From Octopus bimaculoides (Eukaryota), in NCBI RefSeq assembly GCF_001194135.2, contig NC_068985.1, forward strand, positions 36,003,279-36,067,278: a DNA stretch of 64,000 bases, in the 5' to 3' direction. Below are positions 11,650 through 21,823 of the stretch, piece after piece. The position numbers and the translations under genes are program-made. The notes beneath the pieces were generated by a model. The model was not told the DNA's origin, searched no databases, and saw only the letters and a list, made by a program, of their open reading frames with translations. Each line of letters begins with the position of its first letter. Position 1 is the stretch's first letter.

Positions 11650-13280
11650 CCAGGAAGATAGTCCTTCTATACTTCTGTTCATTTTGGTGCTAAACCCATT
11701 ATCATTCCTGCAACAGAAAACAAATGGCTATATACTAGGGTCTGCAACTGCAAGAGATATTAATGTAACCCATGATTTCTCTGTGGATGGCCTCAAGATT
11801 TATGCTAAAAATGTTAACAATGTCTAAAAACAACAGGAATTGTTAACGACATTTTCAGCTGACATTGGAATGGAATCTGGCCAGATGAAATGTTCTTACA
11901 TAATTGTTAAATCAGTTCCCCAGACACCCACACCAAAGAATGCTACTAGTACCTAGATATTGATGAAAACATATCATACCAAGGTACTGTGAATAAAGAT
12001 AATGATCAGACTAAAAAAATATGGCAGTTTGAACTCTCCTTTTACCAAAAGACAATATCCCAAAATGCTTTTGCAGTACCAGTACTGATTCCAAAATTTG
12101 GGATATTTGACTGGCCTGTAGAAGAAATCCACTCCATAGACATTAAAACATGCAAAATTCTAACATCAACTGGAAATTTCCACAAAATTAGGGATATCAA
12201 CAGGCTCTACCTAAGAAGAGATAAAGGAGGTAGGGGCTTGAGATCAGTACAGATAACCTTTGAATGTTGCATAGTTTCTCTCAGACAGCACTTGCTAAAC
12301 AACAGCAGCAAAAATAAATACATTAACTTAGTGCTGAAAAATGAAGAAAACATTATCCTACATGTTGGAAGCAAGCTCCTCCCATATAATCCCTATAAGC
12401 TGGACAAGCATACCTCAAAGAAGACCTGAAAGTGAAATGCTCAGCATACCAAAACAAAGACCATACATGAATATATTTCTCATACACTTGAAGAAGATAT
12501 TTACATTGACATGAAGTGAAGCCTTTCTTGGGCTTGTGACCACTACATCACATCATACTTTGAAGACTATGCATTTGCAATCCCAAAACAGGAGATTGAT
12601 ACGAAATACTTAATCAGCAAAAGAGACAGTGAAGCCCTTGGAGTTCCAAGATGTGACTGAAAATGTAGATTATGTGATAGCAGCTACCCAAAAATGTGAT
12701 TAGTAGCTACCCAAAAATGTGATTAGTAGCTACCCAAAAATGTGATTAGTAGCTACCTAAAAATGTCCTAAAGGTACTACCTCCTTATGTGAAATGACAC
12801 TGTTGCAAAAACAATATATTTGGAAAAATGATTGTCCTGGAATAAATATAGAGAATACCCCAGTTATTGAATACAGACATGAATACTCGCACAAGGAATA
12901 TTGGTGGAAAATTCCCATCAAAACATCTAACAAGTGTAATCATAACAGGCCAGATATTGTTGTTTCCACTTTCTGGAGGAAAATCTGGAGTGAAGAGAAG
13001 GAGTTTAACCAAGATGCTCTGTGGCTGGAAGAAATCTGAAGAAGTTATTGTCCCTGCGTTACACCCAAGACATACAGCATTAATGGTGATACTCCTGTAA
13101 CTGTGATCCAGAAACTTCAGGATAGAAAAGGGCCTGGAAATTTTGACAATCAATGTCTTTTGTATACAGCAATTGTAGTGAATTAATTGGGATGCTTGTG
13201 AAATCCTCTTGATACAGCAAAAAATTGTTATGACTGAGGGATCCCTAATTCTTCTGAGAGCAACATACAAATTAGCATTT
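11650..13280 (+). mobile_element. R4/Dong-clade non-LTR element (RT 3' half, zinc knuckle, RLE), decayed
   Basis: Reads FAVPVLIPKFGIFDWPVEEIHSIDIKTCKIL...INRLYLRRDKGGRGLRSV, FEDYAFAIPKQEIDTKYL, CRLC, and EYWWKIPIKTSNKCNHNRPDIVV. Confidence 0.85.
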
Positions 13281-13454
13281 GTGAATAGGTTGAAGTATTG
13301 TAAAGAAAGTAACTTATTAAAATGAAGCAGAGGAAAACAATTATTTATTTGTAAGTTTTCTTAACAGAGATTTAAACAGTTCTATATTTGAAAGATGCGG
13401 AATTATGTACATTATTTACATTTGATGGATATTTGTCCTCATCTTGTTTGTTGT

Positions 13455-13500
13455 TAACACGTTTCGGCTGATGTACTCTCCAGCCTTCATCAGGTGTCCT
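13455..13500 (-). ncRNA. Minimal hammerhead ribozyme motif, degenerate (3-nt deletion at the cleavage site)
   Basis: ggacac-CTGATGA-a-ggctg-gagagtacat-cagcc-GAAACGT-gtt; it lacks 3 nt relative to the consensus GAAACGTTgtgtt. Confidence 0.65.
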
Positions 13501-13569
13501 GCGGGGATTTTTCAAACCTGGGTTCTCATTCTTAAGTATTTTTCCGATGTTGTTATTATTATTATTATT

Positions 13570-13650
13570 CAGGTCACTGCTTGGAATCAAACTCGGAATC
13601 TTGGGGTTAGTAGCCCATGCTCTTAAACACTACACCATATGCTCATGGGC
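13570..13650 (-). ncRNA. tRNA-like (Pol III A/B box) sequence inside the PLE terminal repeat; not a functional tRNA
   Basis: Minus strand TGGTGTAGTGTTTAAGAGC (A box), GGG-CTACTAA-CCC (anticodon-arm-like) and GAGTTTGATTCC (B box). There is no convincing acceptor stem. Confidence 0.6.
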
Positions 13651-14073
13651 AATTATGAAGTGAATTTTAGGGCTTATAAATCTAATCTTTTCCTATCCTT
13701 CCTTAATACCGGTTCCCATATGCTACTCATATCTGCACTAAGTCTGCTTAGGAGGTTGTTGTGTCCTAGTATATGTGCTGCCTCTTTTAGTTTTTGTATT
13801 TTTCAGTGGTGTTCTCTGTCTATTATTTTAACTTCATCCCACAAGGGGAAGTGGTTTCCATTTTTCCATACATGATCAGCTATACCCAATTTATCAATAT
13901 CTCCTCATGTCACAGCTTTGCAATGTTCCTCTACCCTTATTTTGAGGGTGCAACATGTTTTGCCTTTGTATAACCTACCACAACTGCATTGGGATAGAGT
14001 ATATGCAGTCTTTGGTCATATTCTCTTCTATTGGGGATTCTATTGGTTTCAATTCCAGGCAGTGACCTGAATA

Positions 14074-14075
14074 AT

Positions 14076-14115
<40 letters not shown>

Positions 14116-14118
14116 GCT

Positions 14119-14214
<96 letters not shown>

Positions 14215-14222
14215 GCAGCAGC

Positions 14223-14301
<79 letters not shown>
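14074..14301. repeat. (AAC)n microsatellite with (AGC)n interruptions, inside the pLTR
   Basis: Directly visible. It accounts for the poly-L/C/V/N ORFs. Confidence 0.95.
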
Positions 14302-14302
<1 letters not shown>

Positions 14303-14342
14303 AATATCTTAGGAATGAGAACCCAGGTTCGACATTCCCCCA

Positions 14343-14390
14343 GAACACCTGATGAAGGCTGGAGAGTACATCTGCCGAAATGTTGTGTTA
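14343..14390 (+). ncRNA. Minimal hammerhead ribozyme motif, partly decayed
   Basis: gaacac-CTGATGA-aggctggagagtacatctgcc-GAAATGTT-gtgtt; the C15.2 position is T and stem II has one mismatch. Confidence 0.6.
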
Positions 14391-14989
14391 ATAACAAACA
14401 AGATGAGGACAAATATCCATCAAATGTAAATAATGTAAATAGAGATTTAAACCTTTAGCATTTATCCATATCCAACCAAAATATTCTACTTGTTTTATGA
14501 CCAAACTGGTACATCATTGAAATCTTGAAGCTACAAGATAAAGCATGATTAATTTAAAAGAATGTGGATAAAAAAGTGTTACATTCGACAGAGTAATCTG
14601 AAGCTAAAGGGTTTGTTATTTTCTTTCCATATATGCATACATAAGAAAAGAGGGGGGAGGTGGAGGGAGAGAGGAGGTGGAGGGAGAGAGGGGAAGGAGG
14701 GAGAGAGGGGAGGAGGCAGGGAGAGAGAGAAGTGGGGAATGTATTTGATGCTAAACTGTCGTAAAAACACTGATAGAATACTGTTGCTGTGTTGTTTGCT
14801 TGACTTTGTGAAATTACATGTTCTTCATTCATGACAAGCTATTCAATATTATAATGAATTTTAAAATGACTATCAGAAAAATAATCATTCAACTACTTTC
14901 TGAAATGACTGAATGGAAGAAACCGAAATAGACAATGCCTTTGAGTCATCAAGGTTTCTTATGCATTGGATGAGAAATTGAGGTAAAAA

Positions 14990-15126
14990 CGGATGGACAG
15001 ACAGACAGACTGACTGACGGACGGACGGACGGACGGACGGACGGACGGACGGACGGACGGACGGACGGACGGACGGACGGACGGACGGACGGACAGATGG
15101 ATGGATGGATGGATGGATGGATGGAT
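14990..15126. repeat. Compound (GACA)/(GACT)/(GACG)n/(GATG)n tetranucleotide repeat
   Basis: Directly visible. (GTCY)n tracts are typical of DINE-1/Helentron-associated elements, but that context is not confirmed here. Confidence 0.85.
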
Positions 15127-15129
15127 TTT

Positions 15130-15520
15130 CAGCACTTTCCTGTAGGTTTTCAATGTGTCTCAATTCCAATATCCTTCAGCTTCTAGGTAGAAATTAAAGT
15201 GTTGTGCAAAATGCACCATTTACCACAGGAACAATTTTCACTCTGCTATTCCACAATTTCTTCATCTCTCTGATTAGGTTCCAAATTTTTTTCAGTTTTC
15301 TTGATATCTACTCTACTATTATATCTGAGTGCAAAGTCAATGATTTAAAACTGTTTGTTCTTTCTATCATCCTCTATTAACTGGGTCCTTTGCTTCAATG
15401 GTATGATAAATTTCTATGAAGAAGTCCCATACAATTCTGTAATTATTATTTACCATCACAGTTCATACTACTTCTTCATCACTTCAGATCCACATGCTAA
15501 AATAGTGGGAGACTTAGTTA
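15130..15520 (-). mobile_element. R4/NeSL-type LINE RLE 3' fragment (second subfamily)
   Basis: Minus frames read NYRIVWDFF...IEAK.P....D......IIDFA..Y......K.EK...L..EMKKLWN..VKIVPVV.GA..T. Confidence 0.7.
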
Positions 15521-15594
15521 GAAACTTAGATGAGCTGTACATTATTTATATTATTTACATTTGATGGATATTTGTTCTCATCTTATTTGTTGTT

Positions 15595-15640
15595 AACACA
15601 ACGTTTCGGCTCATATACCCTTCAGCCTTCATCAGGTGTC
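15595..15640 (-). ncRNA. Minimal type I hammerhead ribozyme, core intact
   Basis: gacac-CTGATGA-a-ggct(gaagggtatatg)agcc-GAAACGTT-gtgtt. Stem I is gacac/gtgtt, stem II is ggct/agcc, stem III is palindromic ACGT, and the cleavage triplet is GUU. Confidence 0.75.
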
Positions 15641-15728
15641 TTGGGGAAATTTTGAACCTGGGTTCTCATTCTTAAAGTAACATCAAAAAATACCTTAGGA
15701 ATGAGAACCTAGGTTTGACATTCCCCCA

Positions 15729-15775
15729 GGACACCTGATGAAGGCTGGAGTGTATATTAGCTGAAACGTTGTGTT
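15729..15775 (+). ncRNA. Minimal type I hammerhead ribozyme, core intact
   Basis: ggacac-CTGATGA-a-ggctg(gagtgtatat)tagct-GAAACGTT-gtgtt. Stem II is kept through G-U pairs. Confidence 0.75.
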
Positions 15776-15799
15776 AACAACAAACAAGATATGAACAAG

Positions 15800-16260
15800 A
15801 GGGGGCTGAGGATCAACTCTTGGTGAACCCCTACTTGTACCCTGAATTCTTCACTGTGCTTGTTGCCAACCTTCACCTTACTGGTAGCATCCCTGTACAA
15901 GGCTTGTACAAATCTCACCAACTACTTGTCTATCCCTAATTTCTGCATTGACCACCAGATAAGGGATAAGGAGATCCTATCAAAAGCTATCTCCAAATCA
16001 ACAAAAGCCAAGTACAGAGGTTTATTTTTGGCTAGGTGCTTCTTCTGCAGCTGCCTTACCAGAAATTTACTTCAAAACACCTATGTCCCAGTGTAATGTC
16101 TTAACAACACAATCATGCCTGCATTTATACTTCTTCTGTACCAAAAGACTATAGGAATTTATAATATGCATGACAGTCACTTCTTTCTTGTTACATATTC
16201 TGCACATTGCATTTTCCACACTTCTGTCCATTCTTGCCTTAATGACATTTGTTCATAACG
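15800..16260 (-). mobile_element. RTE LINE RT fragment
   Basis: Minus strand reads VQVGVHQ...LSP and Y.AFVDLEIAFDRI...LVVRFVQALY. It truncates the adjacent pLTR. Confidence 0.8.
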
Positions 16261-16359
16261 ACTGGCTTTGATCAGTCATAATGAGTCATTATTATTGTTA
16301 TAATTCAGACTAGCCTTGTACCCACATTTCAAATTATTATTATTATGATTAAGGCAGTC

Positions 16360-16560
16360 AGCTTTCAGAGTTATCAATATGCTGGACAAAATGTTTGGCA
16401 GCATTTTGTCCATCTTTACACTCTGAGTTTAAATTCCACTGAAGACAACTTTGTCTTTCATCAGATAAGGGTTGATGAAATACGTACCAGTTAAGCACTG
16501 AGGTCAATGTAGTCAAGTAGCCTCCTCACTCATAATTTCAGGCATTGTGCCTATAGTAGA
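16360..16560 (+). mobile_element. SINE family B, decayed
   Basis: Similar to 45866-46096 (ctctgagtttaaattcc, gtaccagttaagcactgaggtcaatgta). Confidence 0.6.
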
Positions 16561-16561
16561 A

Positions 16562-16990
16562 AGGATTATTATTATTATTATTGAGTGAGAGAGCAGCGCT
16601 CACCATCAAAGTGATGCTGGGGTACAAATATATGAAGCCCAATATACCCATCGTGACTACTCGTTTGATAAAGGTACATCAGACACATGCATCACAGCCA
16701 TACATGCATGACATGGTGACTTCATATCAAAATAAACAGCACATGACCTTGCAGTAAGAATTTTCTTCAGGTCGAGTAGTCCATCCCAAAATGTCTCTGA
16801 ATAACATTTGTTTAAGGATGATGAATGACACACTTGTATTTCTAGGGGAGAATTATTCAAAACCCTCCAAAAATCCCTCTCAACACAAGACGATGATGCT
16901 CCCAACTACTTCTGTTCATGAACAGCAATGCACATATCACCAACCACTAAGGGACTGGTATCAGCAAGATGTCTCTTTGAGTCACTTGTA
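16562..16990. repeat. Unclassified interspersed repeat with a terminal (ATT)n tract
   Basis: Non-coding, starts at (att)n. It probably represents a LINE 3' end in minus orientation. Recognised only by resemblance, so this is a weak call. Confidence 0.35.
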
Positions 16991-18339
16991 AGTTTTGTTT
17001 ATGCTGACTGTGTTTCAAAATCTACGTTTAAAACATTTTGCATTTGTTTCTGGAGTCTTTTATTTCTTTTTTACTTACTTCAGTCATTTGACTGTGGCCA
17101 TGCTGGGGCACTGCCTTGAGGGGTTTTAGTAGAACAAATTGACACTCAGAGGGTAGCGGCAAACAAAATACCACTAAGCTTTTCATCTGGTGTGCTGATG
17201 ATTCTGCCAGCTTGCCACTTTAAGGTAAAGTAAAGAAAAGACCACTGAAGTTATCCAAGAGAAAGACAAAGGCCAATATAACTTGGTACCAGTAATGTCA
17301 CAACTCATTTCAACAATTGAGTGAACTGGAGCAACATGAAATAAAGTGTTTTGCTCAAGAACACATCATACGGCTCTGACTGGGAATTGAACTCACTACC
17401 TTATGAAAGTGAGCCTAATGCTCTACTCACTGAGCCTAATCTATGTATCTATCTTAAAGGTAACCAAATACTGATATTCGTTATGTTATAATATACCTTA
17501 TCTTGTAAATACTGAAACCACTTATTTTAAAAGTAGCCAAATATTGATTTTCTTTTATCTTAAAGTATCTGAATACTGCACTTTTTTATCTTAAAGGTTG
17601 ACAAATACTGATATTTCTTTATCTTAAATGGTAATTAAACATATTGACAACATCTGTCATAAAAACAAGTAGTATTCTGTTTGTATTTATGTTCCTTAAT
17701 AATATAAACCTAAATCTGTTTTCAAGTTCAGTCCCACCATGCACCAACACATTAGGAAAGTGTCTTCCACTATAGTCTTGACTCAATCAAGACCTTGTGA
17801 GAGGATCTAGTAGACAGAAAGTGAAAGAAACCAATTGCATGGATGTCTGTGTGTGTGTGTGCGTGTGTGTGTATTTGTGCGTGTATATGTGTGTGTGTGT
17901 ATGTGTGTGTGTGCATGCTTGTATGTGTGTTGTGTGTGCAGGGGGGTGTCCCTTTGTCTTGACATAGCATGATATTTATACATATGTGACGTTGTCATAT
18001 AACCAGTATCATTCATTTCCTCTTCAATGCTAACACATTTGGAATGGGGAAATATGATTTACTTGGAAACAAGTAAAGGATGGTAACAGGAAAGACATCC
18101 TGCAGTAGAAAAATCTGTCTCAATAAATTTCATCTGACCCATGCAAGTATGGAGAAGTGGACAGCAAAATGATGATGATGATTTTCTTATAATATCTCAT
18201 CTACCCAGGACCTCATATTGAGTACATTAGTGCTTCCTATGTTAAAAATTTATGGAAATTAGTGCACATAAATATATAAATTAGAACAAAAAACTGCTTC
18301 ACAAAACTTTACAAAATACTTTTAGCTATATTATTGATG

Positions 18340-18530
18340 TTGTGAAGGTGGCAAGCTGTCAGAATTGTTAGCACAGCAGGCGAAATGCTTTGCAGCATTT
18401 CATCTGCTGCTCCCGTTCTGAGTTCAAATTCCGCTGAGGTCAACTTTGCCAGTTATGCACTGGGGTCGATATAATTGACTAGCCCCCTTCCCCCAAAATT
18501 TTCAAGGCCTTGTGCCTAGAGTAGAAATAA
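18340..18530 (+). mobile_element. SINE family B
   Basis: gtgaaggtggcaagctgtcagaattgttagc...gttctgagttcaaattccgctgaggtcaactttgcc, as in 45866-46096. Confidence 0.75.
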
Positions 18531-18769
18531 TTATTGGTGTTGTGATTATCATGTTTAGTTACCATTTAAGATTTTAAAATATTAGGATTTGTCTACTTTT
18601 AAGATAAGAAAAAAAAAAAAAACAGTATTCGGCTACTTTTAAGATAAGTAGTTTCAGTACTTGTAAGTTAAGATATAAGATAACAAATATTAATATTTTG
18701 ATTACCTTTAAGATGAAAGAAACAAATGTAAAATAGTTCAAGATGTTCACAAGGGAATATTTAATAATT

Positions 18770-20820
18770 GATATGGGTGCTTTTATGCGCCACCAGCACA
18801 GGTGCCAGTTGCATGACACCAGTATCTGCCACAACTACAATTTCACTTGGTCTGATAGGTCTTCTCAAGCATAGCATAATGCCAAAGGTCTCAGTCATTT
18901 GTCATTGACTCCATGAGGTTCCATGCTCGACATGTGCTTTTTACATGTCACCGGCACAGGTGCCAGGTACACAACACTGGCATTGGCCACAATGCCTCCG
19001 TGAGGTCTAACACTCAAAAGGTGCATGACATTGGCATCAGCCATTACTACAATTCACTTAGCTTGACGGGTCTTCTCAAGCACAGCATATCGCCAAAAGT
19101 CTTGGTCACTATTCATTGCCTCCGTGAGGAATAACATTCGAAGATCATGCTTCACCATCTCATCCCATGTCTTCCTGAGTCTAGCTCTTCCACAGGTTCC
19201 CTCCACAGTTAGAGACCGGCACTTCTTTACACAACTGTCTTCGTCCATATGCATCACATGACCATACCAGTGCAGTCATCTCTCTTACACACCATATTTG
19301 ATGCCCTTTGTTGCCAACAGAGGTAGGAGCTCTTTGAACTTTGCCCAACCTATTCTGATTCTTGTAGCTATGCTCTCAGAGCATCTACCTTTGCTACTGA
19401 CTTGGTCACCTAGATAATGGAGGCTATCAACTACCTCTAGCTTACCCACCTGGCACTTGATGGAGTCTGTTTTATGTACATTTTTAGTGTTTATTGTACC
19501 TGTGTACCATTCAACACAAAACTTATTTTCTCAGTTAACCTCCCTATGATATTGATGCACCTCTTATGTGTTGATAGCTTACACCAGTTACGTCTTATGG
19601 AATTTCTGCTGACACCTTTCCTACCAATCGAGTAGAGCCATCTACCTGAAGGAATCTGTGATTTGTCTACCTTCCTACTTACTAAGACTTTGGTTTTTGC
19701 TAGGTTAACTTTCGATTCTAAACCTTGCTTTCACACCTGAAACTTCTCCCCTAGTTATGATAGTGATTCAGTTATAAGAACAAGGTCATCAGTGTAGAGG
19801 AGCTCCCAGGGCAGCCCATCTTAAATTCCTCTGTTATTGCTTGGAGGACTATGATAAACAAGAGGGGGCTGAGGACTGATCCCTGGTGAACCCCTATATG
19901 TACCCTGAATTCAATGCTATACTCACATTACTGACAGTATAGCTTGTACAGCTCTCACCAATAATTCATCTATCCCTAGTTTCTGCATTGACCATCAGAT
20001 AAGGGATCAAGGGACCCTGTCAAAGGCTTTCTCCATGTGAACAAAAGCCAAGTACAGAGGTTTGTCTTTGGCTAGGCATTTCTCCTGCCACTGCCTTACC
20101 AGAAATATAGCATCAGTGGTGTTCTCCCTGGCACAAAACCAAACTGCATCTCATCTACACTAACCTTGTCCCTAATTAGTTGGGTTATGACCCTCTCTGT
20201 AACTCTCAACACCTGATCCAACAATCTGATAATTCTGTAATTATTTCTATCTAAGGCATCACCTTTACCTTTGTAGCATTTGACTGTGATGCTGCTACAC
20301 CAGTCATTGAGTATGACTCCTCCATGTACAACCTGATTAACTATATGGGTGACTAAATCATAAACCACACCACCAAATATTTTAAGCATCTCAATGGTTA
20401 TTCCAGATGGACCAGGGGCTTTTCCCATCTTCATATTCTTTATGACTTAGTCTACCATGCTATTGTCTATTTGGATAGTTGGTCCCTCTGTTGGATCCTC
20501 ACTAGGCAGACTCTCCCTCTCTTATGAGTTCTCTACATTTAGTAGCCTTTTATAGTGGCACTTCCAAGCTTCCTTCTTTGCAGGGTTACTAACTGCCAGG
20601 GACCCATCATCCATGCAAACACATTTCTCTCCTACCACACCACGATTTTCTTTAACACAATGTCTTGCAATCCAAAACACTTCAAGCCTCTGTTCCTCAC
20701 AACACAGAACACTGGCAAACTTCTTCTTCTGTATGTATTAAAAGCTGCTCAAATTCTCTTCTGTTTATTGAGCAAAATTGGTAAAATATACTCATATTTA
20801 ATGAGTGAGCTTTGATTACA
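18770..20820 (-). mobile_element. RTE LINE (RT with inserted PHD-like finger, thumb, repeat-containing 3' UTR), decayed
   Basis: Reads MKMGKAPGPSG...YKGKGDALDRNNYR..LLDQVLRV.ERV...DEMQFGFVPG, GCPWELLYTDDL, and CRSLTVEGTCGRARLRKTWDEMVKHDL. Confidence 0.92.
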
Positions 20821-21639
20821 ACTTAAATCTATCACTAAAATATTTTAGAATTGCTCTTTTTAAGAGGATTACAAATCCATGATGACAACCAATCATTGAT
20901 GGCACCTCATCAACTGCATATGAAATAATTTTTGTAAGAGAAATTTTTAATTATTGGAAAATGTATCCACAATGTGTGGATTAGCTCTGTGTTCATTCAA
21001 CATTCAACCCTACCCATTTTGGCAGCCTGCCTCCTGATTCTCCTTCACATACACTCTTGTAAACCATCCACTCACCCACTTCTACTCTCACCTTGTGTGG
21101 CCACTTAGGCACCTAGGTATTGTTGTAGTTTTGTTGTCATTGTTGTTGTTGTTGTTGGTGGTGGTAACTGTTGAACTTTTTAATATAAGTTACAATTTTA
21201 CAGCAAATAGCAACTCTTCAATAATCTTTTGATTTGTCTTGGTGTAGCACACAAAAACAAATAATAAAGCCTTATTACTTGCCTACTTTCTATGTCATTT
21301 AGCATTTGATCAATTCTAGATGCAACTGAGTTATTACCAAATGGAATCAAAGAAATTATATCAGTTATCAAAGGTAACATAACACTTTACGCAAATGATA
21401 AAATAAGGAGTGCTTCCAACATTTAGTATTGACTTTTGAAATTTTATCAGTTGTAATAAATCTTTTCTCAATTGTTGTTTTATCTTATAAGTAGCTTTTT
21501 AATTCTAGAATGGTTTCCAAATATAATTTTAAATAAATAAAAATGACTTAAATCTTTATGGGCTCTATCTGGATCTTTTGTTTTCAAGTGCTCAGTTGCT
21601 CTTAAAGGTTATATTTTTAAACATATTTTCACAAATTAG

Positions 21640-21766
21640 ACATAAGCATTGCTGTGTGGTAAGAGATTTGCTTCCCAGCTACATGGTTCATGGGTCAGTT
21701 CTACTGCTCAGGCCAACCAAAGCCTTGTAGATAGATTTGGTAGACAGAAAACTGAAAGAAGCCCAT

Positions 21767-21820
<54 letters not shown>
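21640..21820 (+). mobile_element. SINE family A 5' fragment ending in (TG)n
   Basis: gctgtgtggtaagag...ccaaagccttgtag...gaaactgaaagaagccc. Confidence 0.7.

Positions 21821-21823
<3 letters not shown>

Larger units (their letters stand above)
13375..14445 (-). mobile_element. 5'-truncated Penelope-like element: GIY-YIG fragment + pLTR, with an inverted second pLTR
   Basis: Minus 14015-13670 reads DCIYSIP(C)SCGRLYKGKT..LKIRVEEH...GIADHVWKNGNHFPLWDEVKIIDREH..KLKEAAHI (GIY-YIG, frameshifted). It is flanked by inverted copies of the same terminal repeat (13375-13650 minus; 14045-14445 plus), a known arrangement of truncated PLEs. Confidence 0.85.
15545..15800. mobile_element. Inverted pair of PLE terminal-repeat fragments
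   Basis: 15545-15675 (minus) and 15690-15800 (plus) are reverse complements of each other and match the 13375-13560 repeat. Confidence 0.85.

Noticed and set aside
12682-12766. 23-bp direct repeats as a possible CRISPR array
   Set aside because: There are no spacers; this is a tandem duplication inside a LINE in eukaryotic DNA.
13570-13650. Functional tRNA gene (also the SINE heads at 38800-38885, 45866 and others)
   Set aside because: Acceptor stems are missing and the sequences are embedded in repeats.
13937-14412. Poly-L/C/V/N ORFs
   Set aside because: They are read-through of the (AAC)n/(AGC)n microsatellite.
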